Below, piece by piece: positions 12,722 through 27,081 of a stretch of DNA of 64,000 nt (its first letter is position 1; each line of letters starts with the position of its first letter). Made by a program: the position numbers and the translations under genes. This DNA is from Hormiphora californensis. Taxonomy: Eukaryota; Animalia; Ctenophora. Location of the stretch: the NCBI GenBank assembly GCA_020137815.1, contig CM035351.1, forward strand, positions 4,898,001-4,962,000, in the 5' to 3' direction. The notes beneath the pieces were generated by a model. That model saw only the letters and a program-made list of their open reading frames with translations. It ran no database searches and was not told where the DNA came from.

Positions 12722-14152
12722 ATGTGTAATGTTGTTGCGTACCCACATGTCTCACCTATTGATGATGTGGAAAGTTTGAAATCGTTCTCCGCCGTGGATA
12801 TCGAGAAAGATCTTATCTCAACACAGACATGGACTGCCAAGAACAGGAAAGGTCCCAAGACACTGCTTTGCCATGACATGTGTGGGGGCTATAAAGACGA
12901 TCGATTTGTGAATGGCACCAACAATCCCGACTATTTCAACTTCTATCATTGGGCCCAGATCGACACTTTTGTTTACTTCAGCCACCATTTGGTCACTATT
13001 CCCCCTGTAATGTGGACCAATCTGGCACACCGTAACGGTGTTCTCAGCCTGGGTACCTTCATAACCGAGTGGGAAGAGGGGGCTGTGAAATGTGGGGAGA
13101 TGTTTGGATCACCAGAGGCAGCCCTCCATACAGCCAAACAGCTGACAGAGATAGCCCGGACATACAACTTTGACGGTTGGCTGGTTAACATTGAGAACAA
13201 GTTAACAGCTGAACAAGTGGACAACATGCAGGTGTTTCTTCAGAGTCTGACAATGTACATGAGAGAGGTTAACAAGCACAGCTCGGTGCTGTGGTATGAT
13301 GCTGTCACGACGGAGGGTAAGCTGGTATGGCAGAACAGGGTAAGTGACCTCAATGTCACCTTCATGGAGTGTTGCAATGGGATATTCCTGAACTATACCT
13401 GGGAGGAATGGCACCTTCAGTTGTCATCCGAGTTGTGTGAGCACAGAAAGGAAGATGTTTACACTGGGATTGATGTTTGGGCTCGGGGGTGTTTGGGCAA
13501 GTTTGAGACGTGCCTCAGTACTGACCGGATAAGCCAGCTTGGCCTTTCAACGGCTATCTTTGCTCCTGGTTGGTGTTATGAGCAGAATTCGGGGGATTTC
13601 ACTCAGTTTCTCAGGGATACCAACAAGTTTTGGGGGATGTTAGAATCCACGTGTGTCCCATTCACAAACCCTGTACAACTACCATACAAGACATATTTCA
13701 ACTATGGAGCTGGAAGGCGGTGGTTTGAGGAGGGAGAGCTGGAAGAAGAGGAGAGACGGTGGTTTAACCTCACAAAACAAGATGCCCCCTTTGTTAGTTT
13801 CACCAAGGATGCTGTTTCAATTTGTTGGGATGACGCCTGGGAGGGTAGTACGTGTTTGGAAATCAACACTGAGGGGGAGATTCCTGATCGGTTGATATAT
13901 CTCCCAGTTGTGGGGGGAAGTAAGATCACTCTGACGTGTAAACTGTTAGGAGGGAGTGTGGTGGAGAATATCGTCCTATCGAGCGGGGAAACAACAGAAA
14001 TAGTAGGGGTGTGTGTTGTTGAGGAGTTGGAGGGTGGTTGGGTGTCATTGGAATGTGATGTTCCTGATGATATCTCCTTTACGTGGATTGGACTGAGGGT
14101 TTCAGGGGGAGAAGGAAGTAGAGTGAGAGTGGGACAGATTTCAGTGAAGTGA
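12722..14152 (+). CDS. ENGASE: Cytosolic endo-beta-N-acetylglucosaminidase (GH85)
   Basis: LLCHDMCGGYKDD, FVYFSHHLVTIPP, GTFITEW, FDGWLVNIE, VLWYDAVT, FLNYTW, GIDVWARG; start codon uncertain. Confidence 0.92.
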   Translation: MCNVVAYPHVSPIDDVESLKSFSAVDIEKDLISTQTWTAKNRKGPKTLLCHDMCGGYKDDRFVNGTNNPDYFNFYHWAQIDTFVYFSHHLVTIPPVMWTNLAHRNGVLSLGTFITEWEEGAVKCGEMFGSPEAALHTAKQLTEIARTYNFDGWLVNIENKLTAEQVDNMQVFLQSLTMYMREVNKHSSVLWYDAVTTEGKLVWQNRVSDLNVTFMECCNGIFLNYTWEEWHLQLSSELCEHRKEDVYTGIDVWARGCLGKFETCLSTDRISQLGLSTAIFAPGWCYEQNSGDFTQFLRDTNKFWGMLESTCVPFTNPVQLPYKTYFNYGAGRRWFEEGELEEEERRWFNLTKQDAPFVSFTKDAVSICWDDAWEGSTCLEINTEGEIPDRLIYLPVVGGSKITLTCKLLGGSVVENIVLSSGETTEIVGVCVVEELEGGWVSLECDVPDDISFTWIGLRVSGGEGSRVRVGQISVK

Positions 14153-14349
14153 GTACTGAGTTGACACTTTGACAGTATACTGTAGTAATATACTGCAGTA
14201 GGTTTGTGGATATTTGCTTGTTTTGTTTATGTTATGGTTGTGTCTGTGTTTACGAGCGGTTACACTTTGATTATAAGCTGTTTTTCTCATTCTTTTATTA
14301 CTCTTTGAACAAAATGTTACATGTATTATTACGTTGGTTACAGTATTAT

Positions 14350-15929
14350 TTATAACAAGTGTCTATTTACTCCATGTATCAACAATATCCTCACTTCCTG
14401 TCTCCTGATACCTGAAACAACTGTTACTCCCTAATTCCAATTCCCGTTCTACTATGTACTCCCCAAAACTCCGCCGATACTCCCCAAATCCCTATTCCCT
14501 CATCCCCACCCCGATACTCCCAAAATATTATATTATCCCCAAAATGAATATATTTTGTTGGGCATTGTGTCCCCCAAGAACACTTGCCCACTTAAACAAA
14601 GCAACTCCAATTGTACTAAATATGGGCATACATCTAGACAATGGGCATGTCTTCAAAAAATAAATTACGTTATTTAAAAATTAAGTACTCGTAATCTACT
14701 TGAACAACTAAACTATCTCTCCCTCCCTTCACCTACCAGTTACACATGAGCTAGATCCTTGTGGGGAGGTCGTTCCTCTAGGGCAGGGTCTACATCTCAG
14801 CCCGTTAGGAATGCCTGAGTATTGGTCCTCTGGGCAGGGTAGACACTTCTCTTCAGTCAGATTGTAGATCCATCCCGTCCCGCAGTTTCCTGAAGTTATA
14901 GGGATCATTAGTACCAATCTTAGATTTCATGTTATGACGTCATACTGTAACCATACCTGGTTTGGAATAGAAGACCTGCGTCACTTTCTTCTTAACTTGT
15001 ACCCCAAACCCAGTTACTTCGCTTAGCTGCTGTGAGCACTGACTAGCATTACCCCTAACGCTCTCGATATCATTGCAGTACAGAGACATGAGAGGGGATC
15101 CATCTTTCTCTCCTGTGTGTGAGACAGAAATCTTTACAACGCAGATATATAATGATAGCTGTAGACTGTTTCTAGAATGACACGTGGAAATATATCCCCT
15201 ATCTTATCTGTTATACACGTCCACGGAATCAATCTTGTGAATCAAAACTCCCTACCATAGTGAGGATAGAGAGACCAGTCACATTTATCCACCATTAGAA
15301 CATCATGAGGAAGGTCTCCGTGGTCAATTGGTATCTCATCCCCCTTGTCGTTAGAACACCTCATTGACAGCTAAAGTGGAGGAGAGTTCATTCTTTGTCT
15401 CCTCCGAATCTCTAATCTTTAAATCGTGAGTTATAAAAACGGCCAAACGCAAATGAATGGGTTCTAACAAAACTCAATCTCCTTCCTCTTGAGCATAGCT
15501 CACCTGTATCATCCCAGTCTGCTGTATCTCCACAGTTATAGGTGGAATATCCGGGTGTGTTACCAGGTAGATTGTCAGGCTATCTGCATCGTAACTCCGA
15601 ACCCTCAATGTCTCCCCAGCCGGTAGATACTTCTGACAAGCACCTGCCAGATCCACAGGTCCATTCCTACAGGTAACATCTAGATACTCCCACTCGTGCC
15701 GCATATCCCCTCCTCCTGTGTAGGAGACAGTTAGGAGTTTACTCATACCTGGCTTCTTTGGACTTTCCCAACTCTACATATCTTCCTTTCTCCTTCCCCC
15801 GGCTATCTTCAGAAAGATTCACTTCACAAAACACTCCCTTTACCCCCTTTTTTGACCCCCCCCCCCCCCCCCCCACTTACCATGAGCAACAGCGCCCAGT
15901 AGGGGAAGAAGAAGAAACACGGCAAACAT
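14350..15929 (-). CDS. Small multi-exon secreted protein with a C-terminal Cys-rich GCC2/GCC3 (ephrin-receptor-like) repeat
   Basis: Signal peptide exon MFAVFLLLPLLGAVAH (15929-15881); exon CGTGWIYNLTEEKCLPCPEDQYSGIPNGLRCRPCPRGTTSPQGSSSC; middle exon phases not fully resolved. Confidence 0.55.
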
Positions 15930-15996
15930 AAAGTCACAATCTGTCAAGTAAATAACATCTATCTCCCTCTACAGCTAGGAGCAATGTAATTAGAAC

Positions 15997-16815
15997 ATGT
16001 TAACTCAATCATCACCGCATCCCCCAGAAGGAGGCCCCACCTCAGCCCCCTCATGCAGCTGTAAGGGGGTGAGGGTGTGTGTGCTGTGTGAGGGCACACC
16101 CCGGACAGCCTCCCTCCCACCCATCCTCCATATATCCGATGCCAGGAGGTATTGTGTCCTCTGTAATACCTCTCTAACATGCCCCCATGATGGAACACCC
16201 AGCTCTACAGCTGAGCTGTCTGGGGTACAAGTTGTCAGGGGCTTCATCACCCCACAAGAAGAGAAGGATCTGATCAGGGTGATAAAGGGTGGAGAGTGGG
16301 CGCCATCCCAGTCAGGCCGGGTTAAACAGGACTTCGGACCGAGGGCTAATTACAAGAGGAAGAAACTGAAACTAGGATCCTTTGCAGGTCTACCTGCCTC
16401 TACCAGCTTCCTTCGTGAGAGGCTGGTGAGTACAATCCCAATTTTAGCAACATTCCAGCCCGTTGAGCAGTGCAACCTTCTCTACCATCCCGAACGAGGG
16501 TCCCACATTGACTTCCATTTTGATGACTCCTGGTTGTGGGGTGAGCGGCTGGTGATAATCAACCTGGCGAGTGATAGTGAGATGTTATTTAGAGACACCC
16601 AGTCGGAGTGCTGTGTGGCCGTCCCTCTTGAGAGAAGATCCCTGTTGGTGATGACTGGGGATGCTAGGTGGAGGTGGCAACATGCTATTCAGAGGCAGGA
16701 TGTCAAGAGTGAGAGGATTAGTGTGACGTTTAGGGAATTGTCTGAACTTTTCTTGAATGGAGAGAGAATGGAAGAGGGGAGAGGGATTTTAGATATTGCT
16801 AAAGTTTGTGTTTGA
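15997..16815 (+). CDS. ALKBH4: AlkB homolog 4 (2OG-Fe dioxygenase), single exon
   Basis: N-terminal CSCKGVRVCVLCE cluster, SQSGRVKQDFGP, EQCNLLY..RGSHIDFHFDDSWLWGERLV, WQHAI, ERISVTFREL. Confidence 0.93.
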   Translation: MLTQSSPHPPEGGPTSAPSCSCKGVRVCVLCEGTPRTASLPPILHISDARRYCVLCNTSLTCPHDGTPSSTAELSGVQVVRGFITPQEEKDLIRVIKGGEWAPSQSGRVKQDFGPRANYKRKKLKLGSFAGLPASTSFLRERLVSTIPILATFQPVEQCNLLYHPERGSHIDFHFDDSWLWGERLVIINLASDSEMLFRDTQSECCVAVPLERRSLLVMTGDARWRWQHAIQRQDVKSERISVTFRELSELFLNGERMEEGRGILDIAKVCV

Positions 16816-16906
16816 TTTTTGTTTTTATTTATTTGGCGATCCTCTTTGTGCTTCATTTTACATCATCATTCATCATTTATCCCATTTTCTATTTTCTAGC
16901 TGCAGT

Positions 16907-17275
16907 ATGTTTTCATTCCTACACCCTGCATCTCGACGCTGCCTTCACGTAACTCGATGGCTCTACTACAATAGAAACCTGCTACCCCGAGAACTAGATG
17001 CCATTAAATCTAACTGCAACCTAGTTGATGTGAGGCAACCTGAGGAGTTAGTACACGAAATGCCTGCTATCCCAGGTGCAGTTAATGTACCCTTGGGGGA
17101 GCTGGAGGGACGGATCCAAAAGATCCAAAAGAGAACGTTGTGTTTATCTGTCGGGGAGGTGTGAGGAGTGCACGGGCACTGGGTATAGCAGAGCAGGCTG
17201 GGTTTACAGAGCCCCGGCACCTAGATGGTGGTATGGTGGCATGGGCAGCAGAGTTTGGGCAGAAGCAGCAGTGAA
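16907..17275 (+). CDS. Single-domain rhodanese/thiosulfate sulfurtransferase-like protein; frameshifted near 17113-17130
   Basis: Frame 1: LVDVRQPEE..IPGAVNVPLGEL; second frame: DPKENVVFICRGGVRSARALGIAEQAGF..HLDGGMVAW. Confidence 0.75.
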
Positions 17276-17576
17276 CAATATATCGGACAATATAGGACAA
17301 TCTCAACAGGGGGTGGTGTGAAGCGAAACTAGTTACTGATACTCTGTCAGAATGTGTGTGACAGGGGCTTTGTAAGGGGGCTGTGTGAATGAATTACAGG
17401 ATAACAGATGGCAATATTATATGGTGACTCCTATCTATTTATTATTTGCTACCTTTATCACTCCCTCTCTCTCTGTCTACATCTTGTTTCTCTTGCCCCG
17501 AATTCTGATATAATTACTATCACTCTAACAAGTGTATCACCAGATGTTCCTTCTAACACATTCCTCTATCTAGTGA

Positions 17577-20500
17577 ATGGCAGAGGCCTTCTTGAACCAA
17601 CTAGATGAACTACTGAATGAATTTTACGGTACCAATTCAACTAATGAACGGAAAGCACAAATAGGTATGTGAGTAGATCAGTGTTATTCTTGGTAATTGA
17701 CTTCCGTGGTCGGCACATAGTGTTAAACCTGTTACATACCATGTAACCCAATCTACTCCAATCTTTTTTATTCCCAGAATCGGAGCTAGTACGTCTAAAA
17801 GGGACTGATGGATCATGGGTATATTGTGCCCAGTTGTTGGAGTACTCCAGCTCCCAATACTCCGTGTGGTGGGCCCTGACCGCGCTTGAGGTAACGCGCG
17901 GCAACAAGCGCGCAAGAAATCACACTAATGCAAGCACACCCACTCCACGCACCTTCCTTCTCGGGTCTTGGGTTTTTAGGATTGTTAGCGTTCATGACAC
18001 ATTCACAGGATGATTGATGAAGACTCATTTCATCGTCAACAGGTCCACCGCCTGAAATCTCAAGCCTCAGATAATGTAGTATTCACATTTGATAAGTAAA
18101 ACAGTATAACTAATGTTATCATTTAGGTTTATCAAGTTTATCAAATTCATTATGAAATCGAATTAACAATTTTGCTTGTTGTGAAAACATTGAAACTCTC
18201 CGAGAGCGGTATTTTACTCCGTGAATTGCTTGCTCCTCCTGGGCATCGTTAACAGTGGTTTCTGGCGGTTTATCTTCCTTGTTTGGTGATCCACTTCCAG
18301 TCTTTTTGGGTTTGTGTGTGCAATCACAAGGCGACTTCTTCATCTTGTGAAAAACCTTTGATGGTTTAACCTCTTGAGGTTCCTCATCATCTATACAGCG
18401 TTCCATTTGATCAGGAATGGACAGTGAAATATGGTCAGATCGTGCACCAAGATCGCCTGGAATAGAGGTAGGGGAGCTGCCGGCCTTGGAAACTTGATCA
18501 AGTGCTGTCTTTATGATGTCGTCCACTAGTATCTTTACTTCCTCGCTTGCCCCACTGTGATCAACAGTTACTTCAACTTCTCCATTGGATGCAACCTTCC
18601 CACATAAATCATCTTCCTCAGTGATGACCTCTAACCCAGCAGATTCTAGTGGTTGGGTTGTTTCAACATCGTTATCAGTGGTTTCTGACGGTGCATCCTT
18701 GTTGTTAGGCGACCCTGGTTTGAGTGCAACTTGAGGTTCCTCTTCATGTTCCATTTGATCAGGAAATGACAGTGAAATTTCATCACCAAGATCACCTGGA
18801 ATAGAGGTAGGGGAGCTGCCGACCTTGGAAACTTGATCAAGTGCTGTCTTTATGATGCTCTCCACTAGTGTCTTTACTTGTGCGTGATCAAAAGTATCTT
18901 CAACCTGTAAACTCGTGTCAGTGTGATCACCATTCTCGATAGGATCTACAGATTGCGTATCGTCCTCTTTCACCTCTTCTTCAGCTTCCTCCTCTTTGTT
19001 TTTGGATGAAATACAGTTAATACGGTGAACCCATCTTGAACATAGGGCAAAAAGGCCCTCTTTTACAGCTTTAACCTCTTCGCATGTGACACACTTACAC
19101 TTGCAGTTAATACTGTTGACCCATGTCGAGCGTTGTGCTGGCGTTGAACAAGAAAACAAGAAAAACTCCCCGGGAAAGGCCCAAACACCAGTTATGGAAA
19201 AGAAATACCGGTGCTTAAAACGGGTTATATCCGTCCTTTCTTTACAATTTACATCAGCGATTGGAATAATGAAAAGTGGTGATGGTCGGCGGGGTTTATA
19301 GAGGTACAATGATAACGTGGGGAAGTGAAGGACTGCTCGTCGGACTTTTGCCTTGGGGAAGTATTGGATGAGGGTCCCTTCCAGAATGTCTTGGATCACG
19401 ACAATCATAATTGAAAGGAATTTAGAAATGAACTTCTTACTTAGTGGCCGTTGATCCAGTTTTTTGCCCAGCGACGAGATTGCTCCTTCATAAAATGCTT
19501 TATTGATTTATGCGTCCAAGCAAGTAACACTCTTTTTACTCTTCTGGCTGAGGGTCTAGAGATTGCCTATCGTCCTCTTTCACCTCTCCCTCGTCTACTG
19601 CTTCTTCCTCTTCGTTTTTGGATGAAATACTGTGACCACTGCTCTCGACAGAATCTATAGATTGCTTATCGTCCTCTTTCACCCCTCCCTCTTCGATTGC
19701 TGTCTTGATGATGTCGTCTACTAGTATCTTTACTTCTGCGTGATCAGAAGTATCATCAACCTGTAAACTCGTGACAGTTTGATCACCACTCTCGATAGGA
19801 TCTACAGATTGCGTATCGCTCTCTTTCACCTCACCCTCTTCTACTGTTTCCTCCTCTTTGTTTTTGGACGAAATACAATTAATACTGTCGACCCATCTTG
19901 AACATAGGCCGATAAGACCCTCGTTTACAGCTTTATCCTCCTGTACAGCTTCGTTTTTGGACGAAATACTGTTAACACTGTTGACCCATGTTGAACGTTG
20001 TGCTGGTGTTGAACAGGAGAACAAGAAAAACTCCCCAGGAAAGGCCCAATTTCCAGTTATGGAAAAGAAATACCGGTGCTTAATCCGGGTTATATCCATC
20101 CTTTCCTCACATTTGGCATCAAGGATAGGGATAATGGAAAGTGGTGATGACGGTTTATGAGTTTTGTAGAGGTACAATGCTGACGTTTGGGAGTGGAGGA
20201 CTGCTCGCCGGACTTTGGGCTTGGGGAAGTGTTGGATGAGGGTCCCCTCCAGATTATCTTGCATCGTGACACTCATAGATAAAAGGAATTTCAAAATTAT
20301 CGTTAGGGCCGTTGATTCAGTGTTTTTCTAAGCGACCAGATTGCTCCTTCATAAAATGATTTATGCATCCAAACAAGTAAAGCTGTTTTCACCCTTCTGG
20401 CACGAGTGTGTGATTGTATTATCGGTGAGTCGCCTGACACTATGTCTTTGCTCCGCCCAAAATAGTTTAATAGTGAACAACCCAAAATAGTTTAATAGTG

Positions 20501-23500
20501 AACAACCCTTTCAGGAGTACATGTCGAAGAGGTGGAGTTCTATCAGTGAGGGGGAACTGGTCAGATTAGAGGGTTTCCTAGTTCAGAAGGCTCAACAGGC
20601 GGAACAAGCTCAGTTCATAACTCTCAAGTACTGTAAAGTGTATGTGAACATGGCCATACGACGCTCCCCAGATCTCAACTGTATTGGAGATATTGTCAAG
20701 GTATGTAGCTTTTCAAACGACGCCGATTCAAATTGTTTTGACTTTTACCAATTTTTACCCCTCTCGAGAGATCGCTAATATGCATGTCCAGATTGAGATT
20801 AAATTACCCCCCCCCCCCCTACAGATAGTTCAGAGTGGTGACACCAAGAACTGCTCCGTCGGTGTAACGATGTTACAGCTCCTCTCAGAAGAGATAACAA
20901 AACCCCGGCCAGATCTCCATCCCAACCTCCATGGACAACTCAAATCCCGCCTCTCCCAATGTGTCTCCTCCATCCTATCTCTCCTCTGTGAGCAGCTTGA
21001 AAAACGCCGCTCCGTGGAGGCTTCCCTGGCCTGCCTCGCTCATTATCTCTCCTGGGCCCCAGTTACGGACATTCTAAAACCATCTCTCTTGTCCACGGTG
21101 TTCCTGTTGGTCCGGGAGGCCCTAGAGAATGGACATCAGGAGGGAGCTGGAGTGGCAGGGGTCAGCTGTGTGAATGAGATTGTGGGGAGAAATCAGGTCC
21201 CCAGTAAGGTCCAGGAGTTTATTATGGGGTTGTTCAAGGAGACATTACAGTTGCTGTCCCAGATAACAGAGCAGAGAATTGAACTTGAGAGTGGGTAAGT
21301 ACTAAGTTGGTCGGGAAGGGGTTAATTATGTTTGAGGGAAAAACGCTCCTGGTTAGTATTCGGTAATAATAATAATTCTTCCACTCTTCAGATTCCACAA
21401 GAAACTAATCGAATTCTTGGCACTTTTCACGGGAGGTCATTTCCGCCGGGTTGAGTCCAACCCCTCTTTTCCTGTCCTGGATTTCCTGGCGCTATTGTTC
21501 AAGTTTACAGTCTCCCAGAACGATCCCCAATTCTTTATTGGAAGTGTAGATGTGTGTTCCAGTTGGGTTGATTTCCTTCTTCTAGCGCAGGGCTCCCTCT
21601 CTCCTGATGGGGCGGTTCCAAGGTAAAATATATCTGTCATCCCCTTTCTTTTTTCTCCTTCTTATTTTTCGGCTCTTTCTTTATTGTACATACCTACTGC
21701 CTCCTTACGAACTGCTATTTTTACCAGTTTGCTTTGAATTTCTCAGCAGGTACTCAGAGATGTGATATTGATTCTTTAATTGGCAAACAATTGTTCATTT
21801 CGTATTAGGTACGGGAGTGCATTGGACAATCTAACCCGGTTGCTCCTCCATAAAGTAACCTATGAGGGTTCAAAAGAGCTCCTCGACCAGATTTCACGGG
21901 ACGACGAACGGCCTTCCGAGTGGGACCATTTCATGGGTAAAATTACCCAGCTCCTGTCCAAGGTAACATGCTCCTTTGGATCTCATCTTCACAATAATTT
22001 CCCGGGCCCAGTTTAGAAATTCTTGTTGATGACAATATGTACATCACTGCTTTCGTCACGTTTTCAGTACTTATTGGTTCGTACTTTAGGTTGTCGAGTT
22101 AAACCCTCTGCCAGTTTCACAAATAATCCTGGAGCTCCTGGACAGAAAAGTTTCTAGGCTTCCTCAGATAACTGACAAAGGTACGAATCATAAAACCGTT
22201 TTCGTATCCCTTCATCTTAAGACTCTAACCTGAGACCAGAAACGTCCCTCTCTAACCCCCCTCCCTCTCTAACCACCCCTTTCCCCTCTCTAACCACCCC
22301 TTCCCCCTCTCTAACCACTCCTCCCCTCCCAGAAGGGTTGTTGGATGTAGCGACTGCTCTGCACGTTACCCAAGTGACACTTCCCTCCGTAACTGGTGAA
22401 CATCTCCATCCCCGGTCAGACACCGCCAAGAATATTATCCAGTACGGGGTGCTGTGCTTCAAAACCGCTTCAAGGTAATTAGAAGATCAAAGCTTGTTGT
22501 TTGAAAAACAGGAGACCCCGGTGGATGGACTGAAAACTGAAAACTGATTCATGTGTATAGCAATAAGTATCCTATAAATTCCCCGGCCCATCGGTAGCCA
22601 CTAATCACCCCTCCCACCTCAGCAGAGTTCCATCAATCGCTCCCTCAAATAACTCCCTCAAATATGACCCCCTCAATTATGACTCCCTCAAATATGACCC
22701 CCTCAATTATGACAGCTCGAACCCCTCAACTCCCCACCTCTCAGCCGAATCCAGGAGCCATGTTATGACGTCATAAGTGAGAGTGCAGTGCGGCTCCTAG
22801 CCACATTCGCCCAGTGGGCCAGTGCAGCGGGGCCTCCCGGTGGAGATATTCTGAGGGGTGTCCTGGAAGTTGTGGTGCCCTCCCTTACATCTAGCCCGGT
22901 ATGAATAACATGGCGCTGGAAAGGGAGGGGTAACTTATTAACCCAATGGATAACATGGGGAAAGGGGGTTATATGATGACGAGAAAGACTCGAGAATCGT
23001 ATTTGTATCACATTATTGTTACCTCTGGTACCAGGTATTGCCTGGCTAGACTGTGTTTCGGGGGGGGGGTTAGAACATCACTGCGCTGGTAACAAACCAG
23101 GTACCCTTATATTACCTCTTTTCCCCTCTTATTCCAGGTGCGAGTGCAACAATGTATAGCGGATCTAGTCCACACCACCATCCTTCTATCTCGATCTGAA
23201 GCGCTCCTCTCGTGTCCCTCCACCCAACTCCTATACACCATCACTATAGACAGATCTGTAAAGGACCAAACAGCTCTCTCTACCATCACCAAGGCCCTGA
23301 CTCTGTTGTTGGTGTTACCATGGCAACAAACAAAGGAGCAGCGGTGGGAGGAACGAGCTACACACTTTGAGGAATACACCGGGAAACTCTTTGCTCCCCT
23401 ACAAACGGTATGGCCATTGCAGCCTCTCTATACTATCGTTCATTCTAGCTGTGCGAGAAAGAGTCACCGCGATGTACCTGACAGCATTTTCTAGTGAGAA

Positions 23501-24484
23501 ATGCATAATAAATTTTAAGACTTGTTTCATCTGTGTAAGAATGTCTAACACAACAAGTTATTATTCCAGGTTTCAGCAGACAGTGAAGAATTGGTTTCAA
23601 TGTTGACCTCCCTGTCCGACATGGTCACATGTGTTGCACATCGTGAAACCAAATCCAAACAGCTGGTCTGCCGGGCCATCTTATCACCCGCCCGCCATGT
23701 CCTATCCATCCTACCCCAGGTTCGGTCCATTCCCAAGGCCTCTGAGAGACTCCTCTCTTTCGCAACCGTTCTTTGTGACTCACTGAGAGTACAATTAGGC
23801 GTCCAGTTTCTCCAGGAGCTAGTGAGGTTGTGTCTGGAGCACTTTACAGGGGGGCAAGTTCAGTTCTTGGAACTCTTGACAACGGTTGTTAGGGAACCCG
23901 GCAACACATTCCGACAGTTTGTCCCGGACATTGTTTCCCTGGCTCTCGGACCTAACCTGAGGGGATCAGATGACCAGATTTCAGAGCCATATCTCACCCT
24001 GGTGCACTCCATTTTGGAGTGTGGTTGGTGGTATCTGTACCCCCGGCATCCTGCAACTCCACCCCGGCAAGCGGAGGTTTTGGCGCTACTCCAAATCTTG
24101 GGCTCATCCCTAATAACAAGTGACTTTAACAGAATTAAACAAGCTACAAGGATCCTCCTGGACGTAAATGAAAAACACGGTGTCTTCCAAAAGCGTGATG
24201 GTTTCCTTGTTTCTCTGCGGCAGGGTTACCTCAGCGCCGCCTTGGACCTCCTTGTGGCGGGGACGGTGGGCTTGGTGGAGGAGGATGTGGAGGAGCTGGT
24301 GGTTCAGGTGGTCCGGGCTGGGGATGACCTGGATATCCGCTCCTTCATGGAGAACTACCTGGGAAAGTACCTGCCGGGGGATGTGGCGGGGAGGGTGGCC
24401 GCACCCGTGGATAGATCCAATCTGAGGGAGACAGTGAGGAGTGCCGTGAGGGAGACACGATTTTATCTTAGTTATCAAGTGTAA
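17577..24484 (+). CDS. XPO6: Exportin-6, multi-exon; exon 1 17577-17664, exon 2 17778-17890, exon 3 from 20515, last exon ends 24484
   Basis: MAEAFLNQLDELLNEFYGTNSTNERKAQIESEL..; LACLAHYLSWAP; GVSCVNEIVGRNQVP; FTGGHFRRVESNPSFPVLDFLALLFKFT; DSLRVQLGVQFLQE: all resemble exportin-6. Confidence 0.85.
18119..19408 (-). CDS. PH-domain protein with an acidic disordered tail (copy A), nested antisense in XPO6 intron 2
   Basis: LEGTLIQYFPKAKVRRAVLH..LYLYK..IIPI..HRYFFSIT..FLFSCSTPAQRSTWVNSIN is a typical PH pattern; exact exon structure uncertain. Confidence 0.65.
   Translation of the reverse strand: MIVVIQDILEGTLIQYFPKAKVRRAVLHFPTLSLYLYKPRRPSPLFIIPIADVNCKERTDITRFKHRYFFSITGVWAFPGEFFLFSCSTPAQRSTWVNSINCKCKCVTCEEVKAVKEGLFALCSRWVHRINCISSKNKEEEAEEEVKEDDTQSVDPIENGDHTDTSLQVEDTFDHAQVKTLVESIIKTALDQVSKVGSSPTSIPGDLGDEISLSFPDQMEHEEEPQVALKPGSPNNKDAPSETTDNDVETTQPLESAGLEVITEEDDLCGKVASNGEVEVTVDHSGASEEVKILVDDIIKTALDQVSKAGSSPTSIPGDLGARSDHISLSIPDQMERCIDDEEPQEVKPSKVFHKMKKSPCDCTHKPKKTGSGSPNKEDKPPETTVNDAQEEQAIHGVKYRSRRVSMFSQQAKLLIRFHNEFDKLDKPK
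19536..20294 (-). CDS. PH-domain protein (copy B), tandem duplicate of copy A
   Basis: Very similar PH segment plus SKNKEEE..EDDxQSVDPIE repeats. Confidence 0.62.
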   Translation of the reverse strand: MKFLLSMSVTMQDNLEGTLIQHFPKPKVRRAVLHSQTSALYLYKTHKPSSPLSIIPILDAKCEERMDITRIKHRYFFSITGNWAFPGEFFLFSCSTPAQRSTWVNSVNSISSKNEAVQEDKAVNEGLIGLCSRWVDSINCISSKNKEEETVEEGEVKESDTQSVDPIESGDQTVTSLQVDDTSDHAEVKILVDDIIKTAIEEGGVKEDDKQSIDSVESSGHSISSKNEEEEAVDEGEVKEDDRQSLDPQPEE

Positions 24485-24943
24485 CTTTAATTAACTAATT
24501 AATTATGACGTAATTATTGCTCATTTCTTTTTTAGGCTCACGATGTATTTTTTTTTCTATAGATATGCACCTATTTTTCGTTCGTGCCATCTCGCTTTTA
24601 TCGCCCATTATATCCCGCAGTTTCTTTCACCCTGTGTTTATCATACGTGATGTATCATAACCCTCCCTCCTCCTGCATATAGTATGACTCCATGTTGGCT
24701 ACTCGAAATAAACCCTCGAAACAGCAAGGGAGTGGTAATTTCGTTACCAAGATTCAAAGGTGCTGTAACTATCACGGCGAGATGTCATATGTCTGAATAA
24801 TTATCAGCTTCAAGGGAATATTATGGAATCTTCCCTTGTTTACTTCAACAGAATATGGTAAGCTAGACCCCTGTTGTTGAAGCTCTGTAATTCAGAGTCA
24901 TTTGTAATTCCTGATGTTTAGTAACCCTCTCTCTTTAACCATC

Positions 24944-26981
<2,038 letters not shown>

Positions 26982-27081
26982 NNNNNNNNNNNNNNNNNNN
27001 NNNNNNNNNNNNNNNNNNNNNNNNNNNNNNNNNNNNNNNNNNNNNNNNNNNNNNNNNNNNNNNNNNNNNNNNNNNNNNNNN
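26982..27081. other. Assembly gap (100 N)
   Basis: Run of n. Confidence 1.

Noticed and set aside
17637-18028. Minus-strand short ORFs
   Set aside because: They largely overlap XPO6 exons 1-2 on the plus strand; no independent support
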